A stretch of DNA of 60,950 nt, filler included, from Sphacelaria rigidula (Eukaryota): assembly GCA_964200075.2 (NCBI GenBank). It is 4 parts of 4 records of this genome, joined end to end, with 100 filler letters (N's around TTAATTAATTAA, not from the genome) between each part and the next. Parts side by side here need not be neighbours in the genome. Positions count along the whole stretch, not along the records: positions 45,792 to 60,950 come from CAXNAA020001883.1; 3 more parts are not named here. One strand, 5' to 3'. Below the pieces are notes generated by a model, which ran no database searches, was not told the DNA's origin, and worked only from the letters and a program-made list of their open reading frames with translations. Shown in pieces: positions 47,612 through 60,950 of this stretch (the first letter of the stretch is position 1; the number at the start of each line of letters is the position of its first letter). The translations under genes and the position numbers were made by a program.

Positions 47612-50600
47612 TTATCCTCCGCCAACTGAATCCGAGCCTTCCTGATGACGCTGCGGCAACAGCCGAGCATGTCTTTGTGCGCCCGTCCGTCCAACGGGAA
47701 ATAGGGCCCACGAGCACGACGAATGACAGCGGAAGACGTGAAAGCGAAAACCAGATCGATCGCGAATGGGTCTTTGCGAGGTACTGAGAAATGCATTATG
47801 ATCGTAAACATCGCTCAGTCGGTCCACGTACATGGAAATTATTCGAAGCACGCACGGCATCCCCGGAGCACCGACCGTGGCCGGTGTATTCAAGGCGCAA
47901 GACCACGTTGTTCAACCTCTTGGGATGGTGTGGTATGTGACCTCCGCGGCATGCGGACATACCTCCACACAAACACGCACTTGCCACCAGCGGAAACAAG
48001 GCGATGGTCGTCGCACAAGAAAGCCAACGCGGAGATTCCGCTGGCCGTGGAATGGCCCCAAATTGCTCTTCTCTTAGCTCCTCGCGCCGCGGGACTACGC
48101 ACCAAGGCCACGCAGTTGTCCTCGTCGCTCGTCTTCGAATCATAGCGGGTTGCGTGCGTAGTTGCCAGCGCGTCATGATGAACCAGAGTAGAAGTGACCG
48201 TGCACGGTGGGCGCGAGCGGCACAAGGAAGGGAAAATTTCCGTGATAATGACGAAACCTCATACCAAGAGCAAAACGGAAGGCGGGCGAAAGTCGCATCG
48301 TGTGCTACGGTAAAAATCGGTTTTCACCAGCGAGGACTGGGTAAGTCTACCTACGTGGATCGAAAACTAGAGCAACGATGTTTTGGTTCCTCGACTTCAA
48401 TCATCTGATACATAACGGCAGCTGTTCGATCCTTGACGCTCCAATGTCCTCGTCGCACTACTCACCGCCAGCACATCTCCGGCGTTTGATCGACACACAG
48501 CGACTACCCCCCCTCCGACCCCCGACGGGTTGCTAAGATCGACATATCCTCGGGAATCACCGGAACCTATGCCACCACCCATCCACCCACCACCGCCCCT
48601 TGCGCCACGGCCCCCGCCAATGCCCCCGGCAAGGCCCTCTGTTGCCCATCCCGCAGGGCAGGACCAAGACGCCATGTCCATGTCTCTGACACTGAGGGTG
48701 TTGGATATCTGTCGCAACGATTGCGATCAGGTCGTGGTTTCGGCGGAATAAGCAGGGTCAAGGAGGGGCGAGACTGTCACGTAGAACGGGGCGATATCTT
48801 CTCTTCATGTTGGCAGGTTCGTCGGCGGTTGATGGTTCGTGTTTTCTTTTCCCGTAATCATCACACAGCTGCTCAGCGGTGCCGTTTTTGGCTTTGCGCA
48901 TGCCACATGCCGTGCGATCGTGCCGAGTTTTGACGCGGCTCACCATGAAGAACCGGTAAATTGTCCCTAGATTTGATATCCAGAGCACAAAGATGCTGAC
49001 ACACAGTGCTTCAAAATGACATGAGAAAATGGTATGTGGACTCCAAACGAGTACCGCTTCTTACGCCGAGCTTCTTATACCTTTGAACCTGTTTTTTTTA
49101 TTATCCTCCCCTTTCTGAACAGTGGACCACATCTGTATCTCGAGGTCCGAAACTTCCGGATCGCCACGAGGTGGATCCCGGATGAACAAGATTCTACTGC
49201 AGGGGTGGAGCAGCTCTAGAGAAGGATTCTTGAGAGTGTGGAAACATCTATCCGGCCAAGACCACTTGAAAGGAGCATGCGAGGAAGACGCTCTCGACAT
49301 TATGATGACCACATTTCTCCACATTTTAGGCGCAAGCTGTAGTTAACGGGCAGACACGCACATAAACTGTGTACAGCACTGTTTGCTCTAGCTTTCACCC
49401 CGCACGCACCTCCTACCTGGTGCGCACCTTTTTCCCGGTGGCCACCTCCCAAAATAGAAGCTCCCTTGAGGAATCGTTGCTCTGGAGCACCGATCCGTCG
49501 ATGCTGAAGTCAAAGTATCTTACCGTAGCACTATGCCCCGTGCATGTTGCGTACCGGCAGTAGGCTCCTAACCCGTTACTATCCGAAGATTCAAGATACA
49601 AGTGGATGGAGCTTCCGCAAGCCGCGGCGAGCACCTCACCGTCCGGAGAAAACCGCAAGGCACTGATATCCATCGCCGGCGAAGACATCCCCGTCGCCCC
49701 CGTCGTCCCCGCCATACCTGTTCCAGGTGTGCCACGATGTCGCGGGGACTTATCGCGCGACCCAGTCGATGGAGGTAGTGACGATACAGCGGCACCGCCT
49801 CGTCGATGATTCGCCCGGTAGAATCGGCTCCCCCGAACCCGAAAGCTACCACTACTGTCACGCGCCCCCCCAACCCTTGTCGGAGAGTTTTTCAACCGCC
49901 CCCGTTCTGTCGGGCGCTCACCACGCTGTGGTACAATTCCCCCGCCACCTCCTCCGCCCGCCGGTGTATATTTTGCGGGGGCGCCGGCAACGTTGGACGG
50001 AGATCGTGCTCCCGGGCAAGATCCTCGAGGGAGGGCAAGTCGTTTTCGTGCCAAAACGTCCCAGGAAAATCCTGCAGGCTGGAGGTTCCGCATCTCCTCC
50101 TCTTTCTCCCCGACTGCTCTGGCAGTATCCGTCGCTGGGGAGCGGAGATTCATGAGGAGAAAATCCCCGGCCCCGTTGCCAACTGCGAGCACAGTCCTTC
50201 CGTCATAAAAAAACAAGGTTATGTGCGGTTTTTGAGGCGGAGAGGGCGTGGGAGTCAGAAACTCTGATCTGCTGGTCCCGAGAAACTTGGCTCTTTGGCC
50301 ACGGGTTTTCTGTAAACAAAGATCGTACTCGTATTTTAGTGTAGAGCGAGCAGGAAAAATATCAATCCTAGTTCCATCCCGTCAATTATCACGCTCAGTC
50401 AAGATCCTTGCGCGCTCCGGGGCGTAGTACACATGCCCTAATCGTCGCCCGATGGTCAAGGTCGACACACGCGTACTACTTTCAAAGACCTATTTTACTC
50501 GCCCCGCAGCTTACCCTGCTGGGTGGAATGCCACGCTGCATATCTTGTCCAGCAACCTCGCTGCGCTCAGCTGTCGGCGAGACCGGGCATCCCACAAGCG

Positions 50601-53600
50601 CAATATCCTGTCGGTGCCACCAGTTACGAACCACGGGCGGGATGGGTGCGGAGCCAACGCCCTGCACGTGCCAGTATGTCCCTGCAAGACACATGGGGGG
50701 TCGTGGCCGATGGGCGACGAATGCCTCATCGGTTCAATACTAGGCGTTAAGCTACTCGTACGTTGATCGCGTTCTCCGCCCACGTAGTAGTGTAGTCGTG
50801 CGCGATACTGTGCACATTTTAAACGGAACAATATGCCGCAAGCGCACCGTGGTTAAGACTGCAATACGTCCACCGTGGGGGAAGTAACGGAAAGAGTAAG
50901 CAAGGGATACTAGTAAGTGTGTCGCACCTGCACCACCAACATGAACAGCACGCTCCCAGGACCTCGGCGCCCGCCGCACTGAAAGTCCTTTTGATGAGCC
51001 CCGCGGCGCAAGCATGAGTGCGGAAGACGTTGCCCGGCAGCAAGTGTGCGTTGGATCCAATGTACCGTATACCCAAGTACCACGCGCGCCAAAAGAGTGG
51101 TCAAAGAGCGGTTACTAGCGGGTGATACTCGGTCATTTTCATCAGCCTTCCGACAGCGTTCTGCGGCCGTGTGACGTCGGGCTGCTCAGGCTCCCCCCAG
51201 AGGGCAAATGCTGTGCGAAAAATTATATCTGCGCTCGTGCTGTGAGACGACCGGCACACTATGGGACATGCTCCCGCGTAGACCATGCTACAAAGTTACA
51301 ACAGACAGCCGTATGAACACAATGCTAACAGTACCATAACGTTATAATACCCCACATGAACACTACCACACACGAATTTCTTCACAACAAGCTGCCGGCA
51401 GATTGGATTGCTCAGGTTTGAGTTCAAGACGTAAACGCGCGGGTGATAATACGATGACCGTACTCGAATAATATCTTGCAAAACTCTCACGGCCTTTATG
51501 TCTCGGTTTGTGTATGGATGCATGAGTTTTTACGCACTGTCTTTTTCCCTTGAAGCCATGCTACATGGGCCCGCCATTCCTAGCTTTATTTTGTTACAGG
51601 CTTGTTCACGCTCATCACCCAGAATTCATGCATGCGCAAAACTTCATGCAGTTTCCTTGAGTTAGCCTCTGAGAAATTGCACACACATACTATGACTCAT
51701 TACGAAACTTTACAGGATTGGGGTATTTCGACCGTTTTGTTGTTTCACCGGTTATTGGGGGTCTCATGACCCTGGTACATCGCACGCCCTTCTTGGACCC
51801 CCCTAAACCGGCGAAATGAAGACAAGAACCGAAAGACTCCAAGCTTGAAATGTTTCGCAATGACCAATAGTATGTGTGTGCAATCTTCAGAGTCTGACCC
51901 GAGAAAAGGCGTGAATATTTTCGATTTCGTGCTATGGAGTGAGCTTAAAAGTTACACACTTCTAACTACTTCATTTCAGGATTATAACCGATAGGTCGGG
52001 TACTCTAGAGGTGATGACTGCCGCAATGTACCAGCCCTTTCAGTTCCGCGACGAAATTTTGTACGAACATTCTTCGGACTACTTTGCCAAGCGTACTCTG
52101 TTTACTACTCATTTCGAAATGTTCTGTACCGGCTCCCGGGGGTCCCGACGTGAAAAACATCGAAAGCATAGGACCCCCGGAAGCCAGTGAAGAGCGAAAA
52201 ACTTTGAAAAAATATATAGACAAAACGTTTTTCGTTCCCATTTGAAGCACCAATTTATAGTGAACTGGTAAGGTCGAGTGCGGCCAGAGCCTTTCTACGA
52301 CAGATACAAGTGAAACCGTCGGAAAATTTTCGGGGTCGTTGGTCCATATCATCGGTGGAAATCCGACGACACCAAATCCGCATATCACCGAAATTCTACG
52401 AGTTGGGGTATAAATCGATCCCATCGCAACCGTTTTCGCATTTGATTTTTCCCGTTACATCCCCGAGCTGGCGGCGGTTACTATGAATCGAAGTATGTGG
52501 AAATTGAGTAGAAATTGGGCTCGCAATTCCTGTTTTGTTTATTTCAGAACAATTTGAAGAGCGCTGATGGATCGAGATGGATTTTGCCCTTAGCGTCCCC
52601 GCTATGGCCTTGAACAAAAATCCGGTCGTGTCATCGTCTCCAGTTACCCATAGCGGTCATCATGATGCCATGTATACGGCATTGGGTAGATATTGCGAAC
52701 AATATTTGCCAACGACAAAGTTTTTCGGGTGATGATGAGCGTGAACAAGCCTGCATATATTTTTTCATTTCTCATCGAGAGAAAAAAAACTTCTTATTTT
52801 TCTCTTCTTGTTCTTTTCCTCTCAATTTTTCTGCTCGATTTTTGGCAAATTTGTATATTTGTTTGTTTGTGATTTTTTTTTTTCACATTTTTCACATTTC
52901 ACTCCGTTTTGCTCTGTCTTTTTTGTTTTTCACCGCTTCTCTTCTTCTTTTCCTTCTCTAGCGAGCGTCCCTGTTTTTGTTTACCTTGGGTACGTACGTC
53001 TATCTCGTGACCACAGCTGGGTCCCTCGGAATGTCAACGAACCTGTGACAATAATCTCAATCGGACCGATCACCCACATACTGCATTGGCCACGCGTTCA
53101 TTTTTTGGGGTACAACTTAATTAGTATATTCGTGTATACTCTTGCTTGCTTCGCCCCCCACCTCGCCTGGTTGCACCAAGCACACTGCATTTCCCACCGT
53201 GCCTAGCGCAAGAGTCGTTCCTGATCGATCCCACGAGACGCTCCTAGGGTGACCAATCCCAACTCCTCTCGTAGAAACGTCAACCGTCATCAGCAGCTCT
53301 AACGGGGAGGGGGCGTCCCCCGCCACCGCCCACAGCCGTAGGGTACCGTCCGCGCCACAAGTAGCTAAATTTCCCCAAACCGACGACGATACCGCCGCCG
53401 GCCGCGACAACGATGATGAATCTTTCTCGGATCTAGCAGCCGGCCCCCGGTGAGTATCGCACCGTAGGTAGCACATGTCGGTCAATGAACCGTCGTGGGC
53501 TTTCGGCACGACAGCCAAGAGACGGCCACAGGTTTTCCAGCCCACCACAGTCAGCAGAGAGTTTTTGGCGTATAAGTCGTCGGGTGGGGGTCGTTGATCT

Positions 53601-56600
53601 TCTTCCAGAACTTCCCAAAAATAGATCTGGCATGACAGTCGGCAGAGGAAGTGGGTGACGAAAAAGCAGGAGGCATGACAGTGTACTGGGTACGTGAGAG
53701 CGTGAGATTGTCTGAGCTCGTTTTGGACAGGAATATTGGGTGCTTTCTGCTCTGCTATCTGTGAGCTACGAACCCGGAGGGGAAGAAGGCAGTGAGGAAG
53801 GGACGAGGAGTTTATGTCCTTGACACAGTCATGCATTACGGAACCCGCATCTTGCACTACTGACAAATGGCGATGAACACTGCTCAGCCCTCATACACGC
53901 AGCTACACCAAGCTGTCCAGTTTGAACACTGAACGAGTTTTATGATGCCCCAAAATGACTCACCCTGTCTCTCTCATTGCCGTTTCCCTATAAATATCAG
54001 GCACGTACTAATCCCAAAAAGCACCAACAGAGATATTCTACCATCACTTCCGTCTGAAAGAACGCTGTTGCATCGTAGAGGCAGCACATACCCGCGAGCA
54101 CATAAAAAGCTAAAAGGTGATCGAGTACTCACCTGTCCACTTTCCGTTCCGGTTATGGTTCGAGCCAATGGCAGCCTAGCACCCCCCCCCACCGACGTCG
54201 ATGGTTCATCGCTCGTTTCCCCGATGAACGCCATGCACGTCATGTTCTCCATGTCGCCCCTACCTCCAAAATTCCCGGGTTTGCTATTCAGCGACCACAT
54301 CCACCCCCCTACACCTTCTCCTTCCTCTCCTCGCCCTCTTCCTTGACTATTCTCGCCGAACCCGCTGCTCTCGCGCGGGATCCTCGGGCACCAGGCCCGA
54401 GTCAACTTCCAGAACCGCACATGCCGTTGGCCGCAGCTGACCAGAGTGTAGCATGCCTCACCAGGAGCGAGACCTGCGGCCTCTGCCCGCTTGCCGGACA
54501 GATAGAGATAGGGGTTGAACCGGATTGAATACGCACAAAGTAACGAGGATTCTGCGCGTGCGGTGACTAACCGCACCCCATCTCTCCAGTCTAAAATATT
54601 CAGCGTCTGACCGTCGCCTCCGGCCATCGCCAAGACAAGACTTCCATCAGCCGAGAAGTCCAAAGCAGCAACCTTCACGCATATGTGGATACGAAAAATC
54701 GAGGTGGAGATGTGGGAATGGGAGGAGGGATAACGAGCACATCTGGATGTGCACCTCATCATACACGATCAACGGCGGGATGTGGAGCGGAGTGCGGAGA
54801 CTCTCGGGCGATGAAAGGTCAAAGCATTTTTTCACAGCCTAATTTCAAACCAAATGTCGAGGGGGGTTGGACTCTACGAGATGGATATTGGTGGTCATCT
54901 TTACGAAAAAAGCCTTGACTTGGCTCAGGGAGGTTGTGGTGGGTCTCCGGTAACTTTGATACCCAGTAGCTGCGAAAACCTTGACGTCAAATCGTGCGTT
55001 CGATGGAGGCTTTAATTCAAGAATACTTGACTTGAAAATGTGCAAAGCTGCGTGGGCATAACGACCAGCACATTATCGTACCCCTCGCTTTTCGTTCTTG
55101 CCCAGTGACATCTCTCTCAAAAATACAGGCGGGGCCTCTACCGCCGCCACCTCCGCTCCAGCTGCTGAGCCACCGTCTGCCCTTCGCCGTCCCGCCTTGA
55201 TCTCGCGGGAGGCGTCAAAGAGACATACGATCGCCTCTTTCCCGGCCTGACCGCTCACCACAACGTCCTTGTGCGGATGCACCGCCAAAGCGGTGACCTC
55301 CTGTCCGTTCCAAAAACATCAAAGCGCACCGAGAGTGCGTAAAGGAATACCGTCGAATCCCAATACGTTCAAAATCTAGCGTAACGTAATACGTTTTTTC
55401 GGTCAGATCTCTTCTCTAGGCGCGTCATATTCCTTGTTTTCGGCCGGCACGAGTTTCCTGCCGCCTGAGTATTTCGCCACACTCCGTTTGCATTGCCGAT
55501 CTTCTAATACCGCGATCCTCGTACCCGCAACACATTCCTCGCCAAATTCGTCACTCACTAAAACTTGTCTCATCACGCCCTCATCACGACTTGCTCACTT
55601 CGTCATGCTCTGTGAAGAATCGCTGTCGATTGGTCTCGAAATTGTGCAATACGACGGCCGCCGAAGCCGGAAAGACGACTTCACCGGTTCGCAACCACAA
55701 CACATTCGTGCTTCTCGTTGCCGCTTGTGGCGCGCCTTCGCCCCTGCCAGCCTGCCTACCACTCGCGCCAACCACCCCACCCGCGCCGGTTGGCGTCTCC
55801 CCAGCGTAGCCGTGAACATATTCCAGCTGCAACTCTGAGTCGGGTGCAGACGTGTCCGCTCGTTGGGGATCATACCAGGAAGGATAGTTCAGTGCTGTCC
55901 GACCCCGCGGAGTGCGTTTCACGAGAGCTGCTGCTTCAGCTTCCGGAGCCTGGTGCTTCGCTGACCGCTTTCGATGATTTTCATTCAGGTTGTGCACACG
56001 TGGAGCAACGAACGCCGAGGCCAGCTGCACCCCTGTGCCATCCTGTTGCCCGCGTGCTCCCCCTTTCATCTCCCGATTGGTGTCGGCATCATTGAGGGGG
56101 TATGTAAAGCCCACGCTTCTTCGGACGAAAACCTGGTCATCGCCACGACCTGCTCCTTTGCTCGTCTTTATCGGCGACGTCGATAAACTTTTGTTTGAAT
56201 ATGCGGCGTTCCGTTGACAGCGCGGTATAGGCGATAGCGACTGATTCCGACGCGTTAAGTCGCCACCAGTACCGTCGTCGTCCAAGTCTCTGTAGACCGG
56301 GAAAGAGAAACCTCTCGCGTGGGGTGGAGAAGTCACCGATGCTGTTGAGTTCCCTGGCTTTGAGTCCCCGCTAAGACCAGGGGAGATAGATCGCTGTTCG
56401 ACGCCGCGGCGGTTCAAGTCGCTCAGAGGGTTCTTTTCTGTTTTCAAGACTCCTTTCACATGCTTAATGTTACTTGCTGGAATCATCCCCGGCACAAGCT
56501 GTCGAGAGGAACGTGCGGGAGAGCCTTTACCAGACAATTTCGTCGACCCGTCTATCGGCGAGGAGGTTGTTGCAGCCTGTTTGGCTGCTATCATCTTGAC

Positions 56601-59600
56601 ATTCTTTTGAATCTCGGCGAGAGCAGCATCGCGACGATGAAGTTCTTCCTGTGAAATGAAGCGAAAGTCAAGAAGACGGGTGGGAGGGTCCATGCGTGTC
56701 GTCTCGACCTGTACCACCACAAATAAACATGGTTGCTATGTCCCACAAAAACAATATATATGTCAATCGCGCACCGCCTGGAGCAGGTAGTGCTCTCGGC
56801 GAAACGGGCCTAACAGTGACTGAAATATCACGCACTTGGCGTAGTACCGAAAGAAAAAGAGGCACCGTGGTCTCACTCTCAGCTACAACACGGCATCGTT
56901 CCGTACCGCACTGAATATCCGACACACTGAAGGGAGTGTAAGTGTACAGGGTGAGCTAGCCTACAAACAGATTTGTACTTTGCAGGCGAATTCGCATTTT
57001 TTTTTTGGAGTTGGGAAGTGAAATTTGGTATGGATAATCAACAGGGTATGGAGGAAAGCTGTCTGTGAGGTCTCGATTTTTTTTTCTTCATTAATTAAGG
57101 GCGTTTTACTGAAACCCCAAAACTGATTATTGCCCTTAACTCATGAAAAAAAAAAAACTCCGGGACCTCACAGACAGCTTTTCTTCACGCCCTGTTGATT
57201 GTCCATACCAAATTTCACTTTCCAACTCCAAGAAAAAAATTGCGAATTTACCTTTGAAAAACCGGGCCGACGGAAATTCGGAACAGTATTTTGCAGGCCG
57301 TTTATCGGCCTACGTTTGGTGTTTGTGGGTTGAAAATTTATGCGGGATCTCGCTAGGTTATGATGAACCAAGAAAAATGAGTGAGGTTGGTTTTATTCAA
57401 ACTTTTCACTGATTGAGGGCGTTTTAGTATGGTAACGACCATTTTTTTTACGAGAACGCCCGAACCTCTCATGAAAAAAATATGAAGGCTTTTTTTTTTT
57501 TACTCAGCATCCCTCTGTCGTTCTCCATATCAAGTTTCAAATCACAATTCTAAAAATTGAGATAAGTCCCAAGAGCAATGTTCATTTCTCCTCAAAACGC
57601 CACTGAAAACACGAAAAAATATAAAAACCCCCACGAAAACACCCGAAAAAGCTGTGTTTTTTATTTCATTATGCACTAGCGGTTTTCCATACCAAATTTC
57701 ATAGCACAATTCTCGAAAACTGAGACGCGATATCCAGATTTAGGTCATGTAGTGCCTCTGCTCGTCATATACTGGTTTTAGTCTGGAAATTTATGTGCGT
57801 CATATCTCGAGATAGATTACGAGTTAGGTAAAGGTGAGGGTATCTATCGTTTCCCCGTGCTCCAGGGAAGGTCCACAACAAAAATTGTCTTCATCTGGTT
57901 GATCGATCGTTCGGGGTTTCATATAGATTTTTGTGTGGACGCTATCTCCGCTAGGTATAGGAATTTCTAGACATTGGGGTTTAATCAACAAAAAAGAATT
58001 GGCCCAGATTTTTGAGTAGATGGCCACCTTCGCCTTGATTAGACGATTAATACGACATGCGGATCACGGCCCAACTCGTCCGTGTCGTTCAGATATCGCT
58101 TTGAGAGCTTAAATCCGTTTTTAGGCTGGCCCAGCTCGTACAAAATGTTCTCACCATCAATCTTTCGTCGACCAGCGCTGCTATGAGCCGCACCATTTCT
58201 TTGTCCAGTATCACTGGATCCGACTTTGACCTGACGGGTGATTCTGCAAATGTCGTCGCCCATTCACCTGCGCCCATTCTCAACCCCCTCTCCCCATCGA
58301 TGTCTCTCTCCGTCCGTCTACTACCTCCGAGTGTTTTCCTGGTAGTGCGGAGTGGTTTTTGGGTTCGTTGGTCGGTATTCGTCTGCTGCTGCGCCTGCTG
58401 TTGATGTTGATCCTGTCGCTCGGCAAGTTTTCGGCGACTGAGTTTCGCACGTCCTACCGCTTGGATGTGAATTGCGGCCCGCTCAATCTCAGCACATTCT
58501 TGGTATGCCTCCGCTGCTGAGCGTTCACTTTCCTCGGTCTGTTCACGTGTTGAGGGAGATTGAGGAGGCAGGAGACGGGTGAGGAGGCATCGAGGGGCCG
58601 TCGAAAACTGTGAAAGGAATAACACCTCTCAGCAGAAGTTCCGAATAAAATATGAAAAAGGGGGAGAGGAGGTACCTGAATGATTGATTCTGTTGAGGTA
58701 TTAGTATATGTTTGTGCTTTGGTGATTACTTCATTTCAGTGTGGTGCCAGGAACTAGGTTGACGGGGTATCACGAGACATGGGCGGGGTTCACGCTACTT
58801 CAATTGGCGTGTTCAACACTCGAGTACCTCATGACATTCGATCAGTTGGCTTCAGCATGATCTAGATATCTACGCGTCATCAAACGTGTGGAAATACTCG
58901 ATTACAGCAGAGGAGTATTTATCACAAAAATAGGTATACTTTTCGTAAGTACTGGAGAGGAGGAAGAATCGGCCACTTCCGCTCTGAAAGGCCTCTGGCG
59001 GTATATGTAATACTCCAAAACGGCAACAGAAGGGGTCTGAGAATTTCCTGTCCATTTTTTTTTTTGGGGGGGGCTGAATAGCGCGGTCTTGCACCGATTC
59101 AGAATACATCCCCGCCAAGATGCAAGCAGAATGATGGCCTGAGGATTCCAGCTTCCGAACATACCGACGGCAGTGTCGAGCTAGAGTGATCAGAGAGGTC
59201 GAAATGACCAGCCAGTCTCTCAACAGCCACTCTTCCTACCATGTACTTAGTACAGCAATGAGCACGACAATATAACATTTCCCCGTGGACCATACACCGA
59301 ACACAACCGCCGTTTATCGCGATCTACACTACGCTTGCTGAACCAGCTGGTATCGAGGGCACACGTATGGGGTTGTGCATGTGCATGACCACGCACGTTG
59401 ACATTCATGCAACCTCTCACCACTCAGAATCACCTTGGTTTGGCCCATTCTCTGAGCGATCGGCTCATCGTTGGCAGAGTAAGCGTTCACTACTACTGCT
59501 GCTCCCGCTGTTGGTGCCTCTCCGATCGGGGGTTCCACGCCGGCGACCGGCTTGACCCATGAGCTCTGTCCGTCATCTGTGTAGTAGTATACAGTCCCGG

Positions 59601-60240
59601 TAGCCTCATCGGTCGCGGAGTACCAACCCTTGGGAAGGCTGTCATGCCCGTCTCCGCCTGCAATGTCAGCAGGTGCCCCTCTCCATTCTTGCGATTCTGA
59701 TTTGAGAGTATTCCCAGTAGCCAAGGCGCCTTGATCTGCCTGTACGGCTGGCTTTGATGCAGGAATATAGGTTTCAGTCGAGCCAGCTTGCTGTACCACG
59801 ACGAGATTTCTAGTGCTATCGTCATGATTACTCCCTCCGCGCTCATTTATCATTTCGGCACTATCGTCGTCGCCGTAATTTTCCGACAGCAGTAAGCCGG
59901 AAGCACCATTCCCCTCCCGTGCTTCTGACTTCGTCGCTCTTGTCGGCGCATCGTAGTCGGCCTGAAACTTGCTTCCAGAATCGTGAGCCTGCTGTGACGG
60001 GGCGTCTTGTGGTTGTGGTGCGGGATCAGTTCCTCCGGTAGGGTATCGCACATCAACCACGTGGTTTGCGGGGAAAAGGCCGTGCTGTCCACGAATGTTT
60101 GACCCTACCAACCACCCTTCCTCGCACAAGATGTCGGGACCTACACGAACTTCGATAGACTCACCCACCCGTAAGGGGAGCTCATCGGAATTGACGGGAT
60201 TATAGTCGAAGAGAACACGAGCTTCGTAGTACTCGACCAT
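47612..60240 (-). CDS. Echinoderm microtubule-associated protein-like (EML, HELP + WD40) protein with N-terminal SH3, WW and IQ modules, ~1660+ aa
   Basis: Exons 60240-59434 (SH3 ARVLFDYNPVNSDELPL..GWLVG..GLFPANHV; WW LPKGWYSATDEATGTVYYY..SSWVKP), 58538-58155 (IQ AIHIQAVGRAKLSRR), 56648-55599 (HELP PDSELQLEYVHGY, GEVVFPASAAVV, QRFFTEH), 55300-55082, 54672-54133, 53626-53162, 50739-50515, 50196-49428 (GHSATVRYFDFS..LQSND..ELLFWE), 48708-48412, 48132-47963, 47672-47612. One phase mismatch between 53162 and 50739. Confidence 0.85.
51661..51900. repeat. Imperfect ~50-bp inverted repeat in an EML intron
   Basis: CTCTGAGAAATTGCACACACATACTAT..CATTACGAAAC versus GTTTCGCAATG..ATAGTATGTGTGTGCAATCTTCAGAG. 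Confidence 0.6.
56947..57249. mobile_element. Truncated mariner-like foldback element: TA|CAGGGTG end plus ~115-bp internal inverted repeat
   Basis: Arms 56989-57102 and 57132-57249 are reverse complements; no matching right TIR found. Confidence 0.55.
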
Positions 60241-60950
60241 CGCATCCAATTTTGTGTCGATACGAGTGTCTACTTCAACAACACGAATTGTGCGCTTCAC
60301 GATTGCGCTTCGAAGCTCACAACTTTCCGATCTAGCCGTTGCTGATGTACCAGCGGCAAACGTGGGCGAGGTGATAGGGTGAATCTATCTACATGGAGGA
60401 AAACGCGCCGCCGCGTCGAGACCTGGGAGGTCAAAGACGTCACAACGGAAAGGACTGCTGCCTGCTGGAGTCGCCAATACACTTCGTTCAGGTCAACTAC
60501 ATTTTGCGGCGAGATTATTTTCGAACCGGTACGACATGTGCCGCATTACAAGAATAACTCAAACCTCAGCGGAACCCCGCCGGACACATGTATTTAAAAC
60601 ACAAACACGCCTGCATAGCAGCAAGAAGGAGTATTCCGCTGAGGACGAGGAAGTCTGATCGAAATCAAGAAGCCTAGTGTGTATGAGTCTTGGTAAAATC
60701 GTGCTAGAAATAATAATTTGTGTGGCCTCCGTTCCTGAAGCAATGCATCTGCGCCACGGGTATTCCTTCCGCGTCATGTTTTCGGAGGATCTCTGTCGTA
60801 CTCGTACCACGCAGTGTGCTTTTCAGGCCGTGTCTTATCAAATTGTTCTTGACTCGAAAACGTACGGTGGAATCAAATTTGCTCGTACCTGATACCTCCA
60901 CGGCATTCATGTTCTCAACCATCTCAGAAAATTAGTAGCGTGGACGAATC

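Overview
Eukaryotic, intron-rich, transposon-dense genomic DNA. It is most consistent with a brown alga (Phaeophyceae), inferred from the Pmp-like GGA(I)/FxxN repeat gene family, long GT-AG introns and repeat content; this assignment is not proven. The window is a scaffold with three 100-bp N/TTAATTAATTAA spacers (15168-15267, 30433-30532, 45692-45791) and one 10-N gap, so adjacency across them is uncertain. Genes reconstructed by hand: (1) a 5-exon, ~1327-aa secreted beta-helix-repeat + Cys-rich + multi-TM receptor-like protein (7553-12814, +); (2) a Spinster-family MFS transporter (17747-28123, +; last exon not found); (3) two exons of a CDK10/11-like kinase (42686-44620, +); (4) an EML/EMAP-like WD40 protein with N-terminal SH3, WW and IQ modules (47612-60240, -); and (5) a SHAQKYF-MYB pseudogene fragment. 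Mobile DNA includes a decayed Helitron whose helicase runs into one, probably two, OTU protease domains; pogo/Tigger derivatives; several MITEs; tRNA-derived SINEs; a chimeric Ty3/gypsy relic; and an unclassified ~555-bp retro-like element that always abuts poly-C/G tracts. Nothing here is a proven new system. The best candidates are the Helitron-OTU fusion, the poly-C-associated element, the Pmp-like receptor and the SH3-WW-IQ-EML architecture.
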